From Candidatus Methanoperedenaceae archaeon (lineage in GTDB: Archaea; Halobacteriota; Methanosarcinia; Methanosarcinales; Methanoperedenaceae), in assembly GCA_963753595.1 (NCBI GenBank), contig CAVWCX010000007.1, forward strand, positions 96,001 through 160,000: 64,000 nt of DNA, given 5' to 3'. Under the pieces are notes generated by a model. The model did no database searches, was not told the DNA's origin, and saw only the letters and a list, made by a program, of their open reading frames with translations. The translations under genes were made by a program, and so were the position numbers. Positions 1-8,686 of the stretch are shown here, one piece after another. How positions within the stretch are numbered: the first letter of the stretch is position 1; every line of letters begins with the position of its first letter.

Positions 1-205
1 ACTCAAGGATTTGCGGGAATCGTAATAAAATTGGAAATTTTATTTTTTTAGACACAAGATTATCAACCACATTTTTAAGATCTATAACCTGTGCATCAAT
101 TTTAGTTGGTTTGACAATCAAATTCCCTAATCTATTAAATGAAAAATAACCGCTTCCCCATCGCTCTATTCCATAAAGTTCTATAGCATCCTCAATTGTC
201 CACAT
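1..205 (-). CDS. speA: 5' part of a biosynthetic PLP-dependent arginine decarboxylase (runs off the window edge)
   Basis: Manual translation: MWTIEDAIELYGIERWGSGYFSFN...KFPILLRFPQILE. This matches the SpeA N-terminus (W...LYGI..WG.GYF ... P.L.RFP.IL). Confidence 0.8.
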   Translation of the reverse strand, partial: MWTIEDAIELYGIERWGSGYFSFNRLGNLIVKPTKIDAQVIDLKNVVDNLVSKKIKFPILLRFPQILE

Positions 206-300
206 TTATTTAGAATTCACGTCCTCATTATTGATAAATCCAGCGCAAGAATACTTTATCAGGTTTAAACTTTTCCATCTTAGATAATAAGATATAGTAA

Positions 301-570
301 TTAATATAATAAATCATCGTTTAATTCCTTATGCAGGTAATAAACTGCAACAAAAATACCGAGTAATCCAAGCATCCATTCAATATATTTTATTGGCAAT
401 ACAGGTTCGCCTGCGGAAAAATAAACATAACCTTCCATGTTTGCAAATATCCATGTAAAAAGGATCACGATCATGTAACTTATCAATGCCAAAAGACCAA
501 GGATACGGAATATTTTATTTGGTGAATTTCCTTTTTGTCCTTCAAACGGATATTCATTATACTGATTCAC
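301..570 (-). CDS. small membrane protein with two hydrophobic helices
   Basis: 89-aa ORF with two TM-like segments flanking GYVYFSAGEP. Confidence 0.6.
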   Translation of the reverse strand: MNQYNEYPFEGQKGNSPNKIFRILGLLALISYMIVILFTWIFANMEGYVYFSAGEPVLPIKYIEWMLGLLGIFVAVYYLHKELNDDLLY

Positions 571-768
571 AACCGTACTTTCTTCCGTGGTATATTAAAG
601 TTAACTACTTGTAATAATGATGAGCACCATAGATTATTATCGGTGTGCCTTTATTTCCAAAACAATCACCTTCATATCCAGCAACCATAATGAACGAAAA
701 ATGATGCCAGTGACGAACCTGCAATATTAATTATAAATAGTTGCATCTTCAATTAGCATGTTCAACAC

Positions 769-2046
769 ATGAAACTGACAATCAATAGATCCGAAGTAAA
801 AGGCACAGTTAATGCTCCACCATCAAAAAGCTACACTCACAGGGCTATTGCCATCGCAGCCCTCTCAAAAAAAGCAACGGTTCATAATCCACTGATCTCA
901 GAGGATACAAAAGCTACTATAAGGGCCACTGAAGCTTTCGGAGCGACTGTTGAATCAAAAAACGATTCTCTGCTTATTACAGGATTTGACGGGAAATTAA
1001 AAATTCCGGATAATGTGCTGGATGTTGCAAATTCAGGCACTACACTTCGGATAATGACGGCAGTATCCTCTCTTGTTGATGGGGCTACCGTACTTACCGG
1101 GGACGCAAGCATAAGGACAAGACCTAATACGCCGCTTCTTAATGCTCTCAATGATCTTGGGGCAGTGGTATTTTCTACGCGCAATAATGGTCTTGCTCCA
1201 ATAGTTGTCAGGGGCAAAATGAAGGGGGGAAAAGTCCAAATTGATGGTTCAATGAGTTCGCAGTTCATTTCCGCACTTCTGATCGCATGCCCTTTTGCTG
1301 AAAATGAAACCACCGTTTTGATAAAAGGTGAATTGAAATCACGGCCGTATGTTAATATTACAATTGATATGCTAAAAGATGCAGGAGCAAGCATTACTGT
1401 CGATGAAAAAGCCAATTCATTCACTATACCCCCAAAACAGAAGTATGATATGAGGTCATATAATGTTCCAGGGGATTTTTCCTCAGCTTCCTATATGATT
1501 GCAGCAGGAGCGCTATGCGGGGATGTCACTATTAAAAACCTGTACCCTTCACAGCAGGGCGATTCTGCTTTGATAGGAATACTTGAAAAAATGGGAGCAC
1601 AAATCTCATGGGATCGGAAAAATGGAGTTGTCAAAGTAAGCAAAAGCGAGCTTTCCGGAATCAAAGTTGATGTGGGAAAGACTCCGGACCTGGTTCCTAC
1701 GCTTGCTGTTCTCGGGGCAGCTTCTGGCGGGCAAATGGTCATTGAGAATGCCGAACACGTAAGATACAAGGAAACTGACCGCCTTCATGCAATGACAGTT
1801 GAACTAAAAAAAATGGGTGTGGATATTACAGAGGAAAAAGACAGGCTGATAATCAAAGGCGGGAAATTAAAAGGGGCCAAAGTGCATGGCTGGGATGACC
1901 ACAGGATCGTAATGGCGCTTGCCGTGGCGGGAATGGTTGCAGGTGAAACTACCATCGATACAATAGAATCCGTGAGTATTTCATACCCGGGGTTCTTTGA
2001 GGATTTGAGAAAGAGCGGTGCGGTTATTGATTTACCCCAAAAATAA
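769..2046 (+). CDS. aroA: 3-phosphoshikimate 1-carboxyvinyltransferase (EPSP synthase)
   Basis: PPSKSYTHR, NSGTTLR, SSQFISALL, KETDR and DHRIVMA motifs. Confidence 0.97.
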   Translation: MKLTINRSEVKGTVNAPPSKSYTHRAIAIAALSKKATVHNPLISEDTKATIRATEAFGATVESKNDSLLITGFDGKLKIPDNVLDVANSGTTLRIMTAVSSLVDGATVLTGDASIRTRPNTPLLNALNDLGAVVFSTRNNGLAPIVVRGKMKGGKVQIDGSMSSQFISALLIACPFAENETTVLIKGELKSRPYVNITIDMLKDAGASITVDEKANSFTIPPKQKYDMRSYNVPGDFSSASYMIAAGALCGDVTIKNLYPSQQGDSALIGILEKMGAQISWDRKNGVVKVSKSELSGIKVDVGKTPDLVPTLAVLGAASGGQMVIENAEHVRYKETDRLHAMTVELKKMGVDITEEKDRLIIKGGKLKGAKVHGWDDHRIVMALAVAGMVAGETTIDTIESVSISYPGFFEDLRKSGAVIDLPQK

Positions 2047-2131
2047 ATTAATAAATAAATTTATATTCTGGCAATTGATCAACCTGAAGACGATATATTT
2101 TAATACATCTTTGCATGTAGGGGAGGGATAT

Positions 2132-2241
2132 GCCCAGGTGGCCTAGTTGGTTAGGGCGCCAGACTCATAGGGTAAATTTGAAGAGGCGCTTGAGTCTCCT
2201 GAGAAATCTGGAGGTCACGGGTTCGGATCCCGTCCTGGGCA
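2132..2241 (+). tRNA. tRNA-Met(CAT), probably elongator, with a 36-nt intron at position 37/38 (2170-2205)
   Basis: Acceptor stem GCCCAGG/CCTGGGC, D arm GCCT..GGGC, anticodon stem CCAGA/TCTGG with CAT at 2166-2168, T arm ACGGG-TTCGGAT-CCCGT. The insertion after A37 is the canonical archaeal intron site. Confidence 0.93.
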
Positions 2242-2595
2242 TAATATAAAATGTTTTATTCCTGTCTAATTACGGCTTCAACCATCGGTCAAAAAGCCCG
2301 GATAAAGCCTCGGCTGAGGTGAAAATCAGGGGCCAATAAATGACCCCAGTAATCCAACGGGTATCGAACCCTTCAATTTTATTCGTGGATAAGTTCCACG
2401 CTCAAAACTACTCACCATAGCTAAGAACGGCTTTTGGTCGTCAGCGAATGACGTCGCCGGTTGAACAATATTCAATTGTATTTAATGAAATATAAACTTA
2501 ACTAATTGGTTCTGGAACATATATTCGTTCATTTGAAATTATCGTTCAATCCTCGAATTGTTTTACTTAGTTGAGTGGTTTTTTCCATTCGATAA

Positions 2596-5500
2596 TCATT
2601 CTTCCATATTATCATTGATTAGCCATTGATAATTCGCTCCTATATCATTGATAGGCCCAAAGTGAATTCCCGTGGTATAACCAACAAGATGGTTCTGGCG
2701 TATGATCATCATCTTACCAATGTACCCATGCACTCGTATTCCATCAATATTTAACTCCCCGGTGAGGCCAGTCCGCACAACGCTGGCAAAATTGTTCTGT
2801 ATAATAAGACTATTGCAATTCCCAACGAAGATCCCGTGCCGTTCACGGGTTCCATAAGGTGGCAACAGAACATCTATATTATTGTTTATGATATGCACAA
2901 TCCCTGCACTATCGTGTGTATCGGGAGTTACCCCGCGATGGCTTATGCCAACATGGATACCCTGGATGACTCCTTTTATCCTGTTACTAATAATATTAAC
3001 ATCGCCTGCGCTGCTCCCACCGATAACTATTCCCTGCGATCCTGCTTCCACGTTTAATTTTTCAAGCTCATCATACCATATTTTGAATTGGTCATATTTT
3101 TCTCTATAATTCACATTGAGCAAAACCCGATCAGCGACATGGACCAAATGGAAGAGTAGGTCACGGTCATTTTGAACTCCTTTAGGTTCATTTTTCCTTA
3201 ACCATTCGTTCCATGCATTAACAAGTAATTCGCCTGGTCTGAACTCTACGAAACCATTGCCAGCTTCAATACGAACAACATTTGTATCCTCGAAGACCTT
3301 ATCAGGTTTTCCAAGGTGCGCTGCCGGAATCATCAGGCTTCGAATTGCAGATCTGTATCTTTCGTTCCGTAACAACACATCCAAAGGCAGACTTTCTGGC
3401 ATTTTGCTGACATTTAAAACATTGTCCTCAACATGAGCGCTCTGGACATTAATAAGAAGGATTCCCACCTGCATAAGTCCAATGTGAAGGTCGCAGTTAT
3501 GTATGTGTACGGATTCTACCAGTTTTATCTTTTCATATATGTATAGCTTCTCTGTTTTCTTATCTTCCATTGCAATGAATTTATCGGTTCTACCATCGCT
3601 GATTATTACGGATACCTCTGTTTTGGCTTGATTAAGTTCTAAAGAAATAGTAATTGTTTCAAAATATACTGTTATTTTATTTATACCAATTTTATTAATT
3701 TTTTCCATATCTTCATTAATACTATATTTTTTCTGTAGAAATTCCACGAATTCTTTACCATCGACTCCTGGAATAGCATACCAGCTAAACGAATCCCTTT
3801 TTTCATGGGGATCATAATCAACGGCATCTCGAACATTGATGCATGAAGCCGCTCTTTCAGTACCTGCAGCACAAGTAAGCTCAACATCCTTGATTGTAAC
3901 CTTAGGGCATGCACAAAAGGTAAGTGTTCCATTCAGGGAGTTCAATTTTATTTTCTTGTCAAAGCCGGCAACTCCGCTTTCACCACACATGTCTTTGATC
4001 ACGACGCTTTTACATTCTTCGAATTGGAATATTGTTTCGCCCTCGAGTATTTTGATAATTGTACCTGTGCCGCTTCCACTGATCCTGATATGCCCTTTAT
4101 TTTTTAATACAATTGGTTTATAGGTAACAAATTCACCGATCTGGAAGCATATATTTGCATCCTGCTCGTCTTCTATAGTTTTAAATACGTCTTCCCAATC
4201 TTTTCGAGGCTCGATCACATGGGTACATATGCCCTGGCGATCTTTGCATAATTTGTTCAATGCGTCCTGCACTGTTATTATACTAATGTCTTCTTTTAGT
4301 TTTTTGCAAAGATCGTCATTCTTTTCGATCGGAAGGTCATCAGCATTGAATCTACATAGCAGCGCATCGAGAATATCCTTAACCTTTGAATCTGAACTGG
4401 CAGGGATATTTAATAGAGACCTGACCGTTGGATCAGCTGTCCCGTCGCAAGACGGACGGTAAGGGATATCGCTGCTGTCCAGATTCGCAACCAGGTCATC
4501 CAGGGCATTCTGCACCGTATATGGCAGAGACATACCGGAATCGGGAATTTCATTAATATCCTTCCACCGGTCTTCTTGTATTAAGGGATCATATGGAATA
4601 TCACCGCTATCCAGGTTTGCAACGAGGTTATCCAGGGCATCCTGCACCGTATATGGCAGAGACGTACCAGGTTTGGGAATTTCATTAATATCCTTCCACC
4701 GGTCTTCTTGTATTACGGGATTATATGGAATCTCCCCGGCTTCCAGTTCGCACAGGAGGGTATCCAGCACATCCTTAACAGTTGTATTCTCTGCATCATC
4801 TTTTGGCCAACTTTTTATCTTATCTATAAGAAGCTTCTGAACTGTAGGAATATCATTGCTGGTAAGTATATTTGTACAACCAGGCGGTTTATAGGCTACC
4901 TCGCTGGCCACGCTGAGGTTTGCATTGAAACGGATAGGTATATTGACAGATTTATCGCAGGCATCACGCAGCGTTGCCTCCACCTGCTGACCCTGTGTCG
5001 TTTTGTCAAGCACCCACCTGCAGGTTGCGATTCCCTCCTCGTCTGTATAAACATCAATAAAATCTTTCGGCAATCCGACTTTACCCATGATGGTGCCTTT
5101 CCCAATTGTGATCTGGAAACGCACCTTTGCATTCGTTACATATTGTTTTCCATTGGCTACTCCGACCTGTAGATATCCGGGAAGCTCTTCACCTGGCATT
5201 GCCTCCTGCCCGTCGCCGCAGACATGGAAGAAACTGGTAAGCTCTGTCACTGCAGGGAAAAGCCTGCGGCAGTCGCTGAGAAGCTCCCATTTATTATCGC
5301 TATCTTGCTTCAGCACTGCCAGGCGGCAGTAATGGTGCCTTATGCCTTCAGGCGGCTCTGGTTTTGGTTTTTTGGTTTCATCCATTGGCCATTCAATCTT
5401 CTCTGTCGCGGTGCGGGCCGGGATCAGCCAGTAATCTCCAGCCCTGAAGCTTGTCCCTGAGAACTGCACAAATATACCATCTTCAAGCTCGATAGAATCA

Positions 5501-6528
5501 TGCCCTGTGGCAGGCTTTACTGATATGGCATCGCTTCCCATGTCCCAGCGGCGGACCTTTGGGTGTCGCTTCAAATCTCCTGAAACGGCCTGGTTCAGTG
5601 TGATTATGCGCCCTGCTACATCAGGGGACTCGGTAATGTACGTGAGAGTTCCTGCCGGATTATCTGATAATTCCGTGACATCATCCAGCACTTCAACCCA
5701 ATCGTCTGTTTTCAATGAAAGTGTTTTGTCCTTCCCGAGTTGTTTAACTTTCAGTTTGGTAAGCTTGTCATTTGTATCTTTTATAAACTCTTCGATAGCG
5801 AATACAACCGAACCGTTGTCACGCGACCATTTGAACGTTGCATCTTTAAGTTCACCACCCTTATGGATTTCTACGCGATAGAGCTGGTTTTCAAGCCCAC
5901 GGTAGCCCGCGCCCGGAGAAACACTGCATGGGTTTTTACTCGGAGTCACCTTCTTTGTGAAGGCAGTAAGCTGTGCACCACTTCCAGCGGTGATATTTTT
6001 CCATTCTTGTATGATCGGCTTGCAGTCCACCACAGTTGAAACCTTATAATCCTTTAATGGGTTAAGTTTCACCTGCCAGACCGTTTTGGTTCTTGTGGAT
6101 GTATCCGGTCCCCCAAGTGCGACTTCGCGGATCTGTGGGTCTTCTATCGCAGTCATGTGGCGTTGCCATACATCCAGGTATGCCAGGTAAACACCCTCAC
6201 CGGGCAAATTGGAGAAACCAGGCAGATCATCCTGATCTAAGATATTGATATCTATGGAATTCTCACACAGGATTCCATCTACGTAGATTCTTCCCTCAGA
6301 TATTGTCAGGTTTTCTTTATCAGACGTAGGGTCTATCTTGAATCCACCGCCATCTTGCGGCGCACCGCATGGTCCAATGATATCGAGTGCTTCTTTCTCG
6401 ATTCGGTATGAATTTATATCGTTCTGTTCATTCCAGTCGGCATCAAGCTGGACGCGCCCCTGCTGCATGCGGACACTGCTATAATTTTTTTCAGGTTTAA
6501 ATGTGGATCGTGTAAAATCGCCTTTCAT
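2596..6528 (-). CDS. DUF6519-like eCIS protein (candidate fibre/adhesin) with internal repeats and a C-terminal beta-helix-like region
   Basis: True start is probably MKGDFTRSTF (ATG at 6528, GGAGG upstream). Motifs QQGRVQLDADWNEQ and ENQLYRVEIH..G...TFKWSRDNGS; Ig-like segment GDGQEA; C-terminal repeats of the I..N.I type. Confidence 0.8.
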   Translation of the reverse strand: MKGDFTRSTFKPEKNYSSVRMQQGRVQLDADWNEQNDINSYRIEKEALDIIGPCGAPQDGGGFKIDPTSDKENLTISEGRIYVDGILCENSIDINILDQDDLPGFSNLPGEGVYLAYLDVWQRHMTAIEDPQIREVALGGPDTSTRTKTVWQVKLNPLKDYKVSTVVDCKPIIQEWKNITAGSGAQLTAFTKKVTPSKNPCSVSPGAGYRGLENQLYRVEIHKGGELKDATFKWSRDNGSVVFAIEEFIKDTNDKLTKLKVKQLGKDKTLSLKTDDWVEVLDDVTELSDNPAGTLTYITESPDVAGRIITLNQAVSGDLKRHPKVRRWDMGSDAISVKPATGHDSIELEDGIFVQFSGTSFRAGDYWLIPARTATEKIEWPMDETKKPKPEPPEGIRHHYCRLAVLKQDSDNKWELLSDCRRLFPAVTELTSFFHVCGDGQEAMPGEELPGYLQVGVANGKQYVTNAKVRFQITIGKGTIMGKVGLPKDFIDVYTDEEGIATCRWVLDKTTQGQQVEATLRDACDKSVNIPIRFNANLSVASEVAYKPPGCTNILTSNDIPTVQKLLIDKIKSWPKDDAENTTVKDVLDTLLCELEAGEIPYNPVIQEDRWKDINEIPKPGTSLPYTVQDALDNLVANLDSGDIPYDPLIQEDRWKDINEIPDSGMSLPYTVQNALDDLVANLDSSDIPYRPSCDGTADPTVRSLLNIPASSDSKVKDILDALLCRFNADDLPIEKNDDLCKKLKEDISIITVQDALNKLCKDRQGICTHVIEPRKDWEDVFKTIEDEQDANICFQIGEFVTYKPIVLKNKGHIRISGSGTGTIIKILEGETIFQFEECKSVVIKDMCGESGVAGFDKKIKLNSLNGTLTFCACPKVTIKDVELTCAAGTERAASCINVRDAVDYDPHEKRDSFSWYAIPGVDGKEFVEFLQKKYSINEDMEKINKIGINKITVYFETITISLELNQAKTEVSVIISDGRTDKFIAMEDKKTEKLYIYEKIKLVESVHIHNCDLHIGLMQVGILLINVQSAHVEDNVLNVSKMPESLPLDVLLRNERYRSAIRSLMIPAAHLGKPDKVFEDTNVVRIEAGNGFVEFRPGELLVNAWNEWLRKNEPKGVQNDRDLLFHLVHVADRVLLNVNYREKYDQFKIWYDELEKLNVEAGSQGIVIGGSSAGDVNIISNRIKGVIQGIHVGISHRGVTPDTHDSAGIVHIINNNIDVLLPPYGTRERHGIFVGNCNSLIIQNNFASVVRTGLTGELNIDGIRVHGYIGKMMIIRQNHLVGYTTGIHFGPINDIGANYQWLINDNMEE
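4463..4730. repeat. 132-bp (44-aa) tandem duplication inside the DUF6519-like gene
   Basis: IPY.P.IQEDRWKDINEIP..G.SLPYTVQ.ALD.LVANLDS.D occurs twice; DNA offset is 132 (cagggcat at 4501 and 4633). Confidence 0.9.
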
Positions 6529-6547
6529 ATAATTACCTCCTTTTTTA

Positions 6548-8686
6548 TCAAGTGACATAAAATATACCAGCCTCAAGTCCGACGCGCATGTATTCCTCAA
6601 GGCTTGCGCGCAGGTTTGCCTCCCGCTGTGGCTGTTGTAAATGGTGGAATACACCCATCTCTGCCTCATCTTGTGCCCCCTCCCGGATCTCTACAGGGCA
6701 TTGCAAATATAACTGGGCATAACCGGGGTGACCGTAACCCAGGTCTGTAAAGATTGGTTTCAGCCGTACCGCTATTTCATTTTCAATTTGATTCCTTATC
6801 TTCTCCTCAAGTTCTTTCTGTTCTTGAGGCGTCATTCCCGATTTCTTCTTCAGTGCAGCATCAAGCTCTTTTTTTACGGCGTTCTGTATTGCAGTATCAG
6901 AGTTCTTTATTACAGTATCAGGCTGGCAGCGGTACTGGCGTGGAACCTTTGATCCTTTCGGGAAATAACTGAAACGCATACATCCTTCCTGGTTTCTATC
7001 TGCAATCACTTCTCCTGTAAAAATGCTGTTGCTGCCGAGCTTGAAGGACTGTACCGAAACGTTGCCAAGGACGGTGCTCTCTTCTATGACAACCGAAGGA
7101 CCTTTAATTGCAGAACCGCCTAACCCGTCTATAATACTGTCCTTGATAGATAAACGGTATGTACCTTCAAGATTAAGGCTCCCTGTAATAGACCGGTTGA
7201 CTGTAACATCAAGATGTAAATTTCCCTTGAGCGATTCCTTTCCCACAGATTTGGGAGTGGAATCAATATAAAGGTCAATCCCGGGTACCAGGGTGGAATG
7301 CAGCACTTGCAGAGACCCCAGGTCGCCGTCAAGGATATTTATATTGCCACCTGTGATTAGTAATCCGTCGATTATCATCTGACCGCCAGGCTGGTCTTTT
7401 TTAGCTTTATCCCCTTTGATGGTGAGAGTGCCAGCCAGGCGAATGATCGGACGCTCTCCATTGTCTGCCCTGATTTCAAGCGTTATGCCTGCTGGTATGT
7501 TAAACTCAAGTTTTGTATCTTCTTTAAATATATTGCTGTCTTTTATGGAAAATACTGCATCCGGGCGTTGATCTGCCTCCCAGGAAGAGATTGCATCTTT
7601 AATAGTATTTATAAACCCCGGTGATTTAGCGATATTATACTGCTTAATACCTGCATTGGTCTGCCTTATGCCTGTACGGCGGTCGTAAAAACCACCGCCT
7701 ACCTCGCTGCTAAAGCCGTAATAATATGTGACCTGAACATCTGATGGTGGAACCGCGTATGAAAAAGCTATTCGTCCAAGGACCGGATCAACTGCGACCA
7801 TACCATCCGGCGGCAGGTGTTCCCAACCGCTCAAGTCGCAGGGGACTATCTCATCAGCCGGGATGTCCCTGCCGTCTGCCCTGATATGGATGCTTTTATC
7901 CTTACCATAGTATAATTCCTTAGAGGTATAAAAAGCCCGGCGGCGTATCGGGGAAGGTACGTTTACCTCCCCGGCAAGATGGGTGGGGTTTTGTTCTGTC
8001 ACCGGATGGTTGAAAAGCTGGATATCATTGCCAAGCTGGCTGAAACTGAACCGCCCTTTACTGTGCAAAAACGCCGGTGCCTCTCTCACCGGGTATGCCT
8101 GCAAGCGCCACAAATATATGCCGATATTCATGATGTTGTATTTTCCCCTCCTGTTCTCAATATGGCGGACTTCGGCTGTATGGGCGACAGTATCAAAAGG
8201 AGTATCAAGAAGCTCTAATTTTTCACCATCGCGTATATCAGGCGAACGGTGATTATCCAACCGTATGTGATTGATATATTGCGTGGTCCCGAGCAGTTTG
8301 AAGAACTCAACTACCCTTGCATCCCATCCTGTTGTATCATGCGCCAGTTGCTCAAGCATCGAGGCTGTGCCTTTACGCCTGCGGTAACCCAGTGTATTTG
8401 CGACCCGGGCGCGCTGGCTGAACGTAGCTTTTTCGCTGATGGGATGAAGGTTCCTCACGCCCAGCAGGTTACCAATGTAGGGTACGACCCACTCGTCGCA
8501 GGTTTCTATGAACCAGTTATCGTAGAGCCGGGCAATATCCTCATCCATCACATCAGCCTGCTGTGCGAGGACTTCCATGAATGCCTTCAGGACTTCTCCA
8601 TTCTCTGAAACTTCTCCGTTCTCTGAATCACGGATCCTGTAGATTGCGGGCAATAACTGGTAAAGTTTATCTGCGCTGTAGCTCAA
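6548..8686 (-). CDS. baseplate wedge / tail protein I-like eCIS protein
   Basis: LYQLLPAIYRIRD, YDNWFIETCDEWVVPYIG, RRKGT motifs; sits downstream of the two baseplate J genes. Confidence 0.75.
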   Translation of the reverse strand: MSYSADKLYQLLPAIYRIRDSENGEVSENGEVLKAFMEVLAQQADVMDEDIARLYDNWFIETCDEWVVPYIGNLLGVRNLHPISEKATFSQRARVANTLGYRRRKGTASMLEQLAHDTTGWDARVVEFFKLLGTTQYINHIRLDNHRSPDIRDGEKLELLDTPFDTVAHTAEVRHIENRRGKYNIMNIGIYLWRLQAYPVREAPAFLHSKGRFSFSQLGNDIQLFNHPVTEQNPTHLAGEVNVPSPIRRRAFYTSKELYYGKDKSIHIRADGRDIPADEIVPCDLSGWEHLPPDGMVAVDPVLGRIAFSYAVPPSDVQVTYYYGFSSEVGGGFYDRRTGIRQTNAGIKQYNIAKSPGFINTIKDAISSWEADQRPDAVFSIKDSNIFKEDTKLEFNIPAGITLEIRADNGERPIIRLAGTLTIKGDKAKKDQPGGQMIIDGLLITGGNINILDGDLGSLQVLHSTLVPGIDLYIDSTPKSVGKESLKGNLHLDVTVNRSITGSLNLEGTYRLSIKDSIIDGLGGSAIKGPSVVIEESTVLGNVSVQSFKLGSNSIFTGEVIADRNQEGCMRFSYFPKGSKVPRQYRCQPDTVIKNSDTAIQNAVKKELDAALKKKSGMTPQEQKELEEKIRNQIENEIAVRLKPIFTDLGYGHPGYAQLYLQCPVEIREGAQDEAEMGVFHHLQQPQREANLRASLEEYMRVGLEAGIFYVT

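Noticed and set aside
6529-6669. 47-aa N-terminal extension of the 1357-aa ORF
   Set aside because: It overlaps the upstream gene; the GGAGG RBS and the family-like start MKGDF point to ATG 6528.
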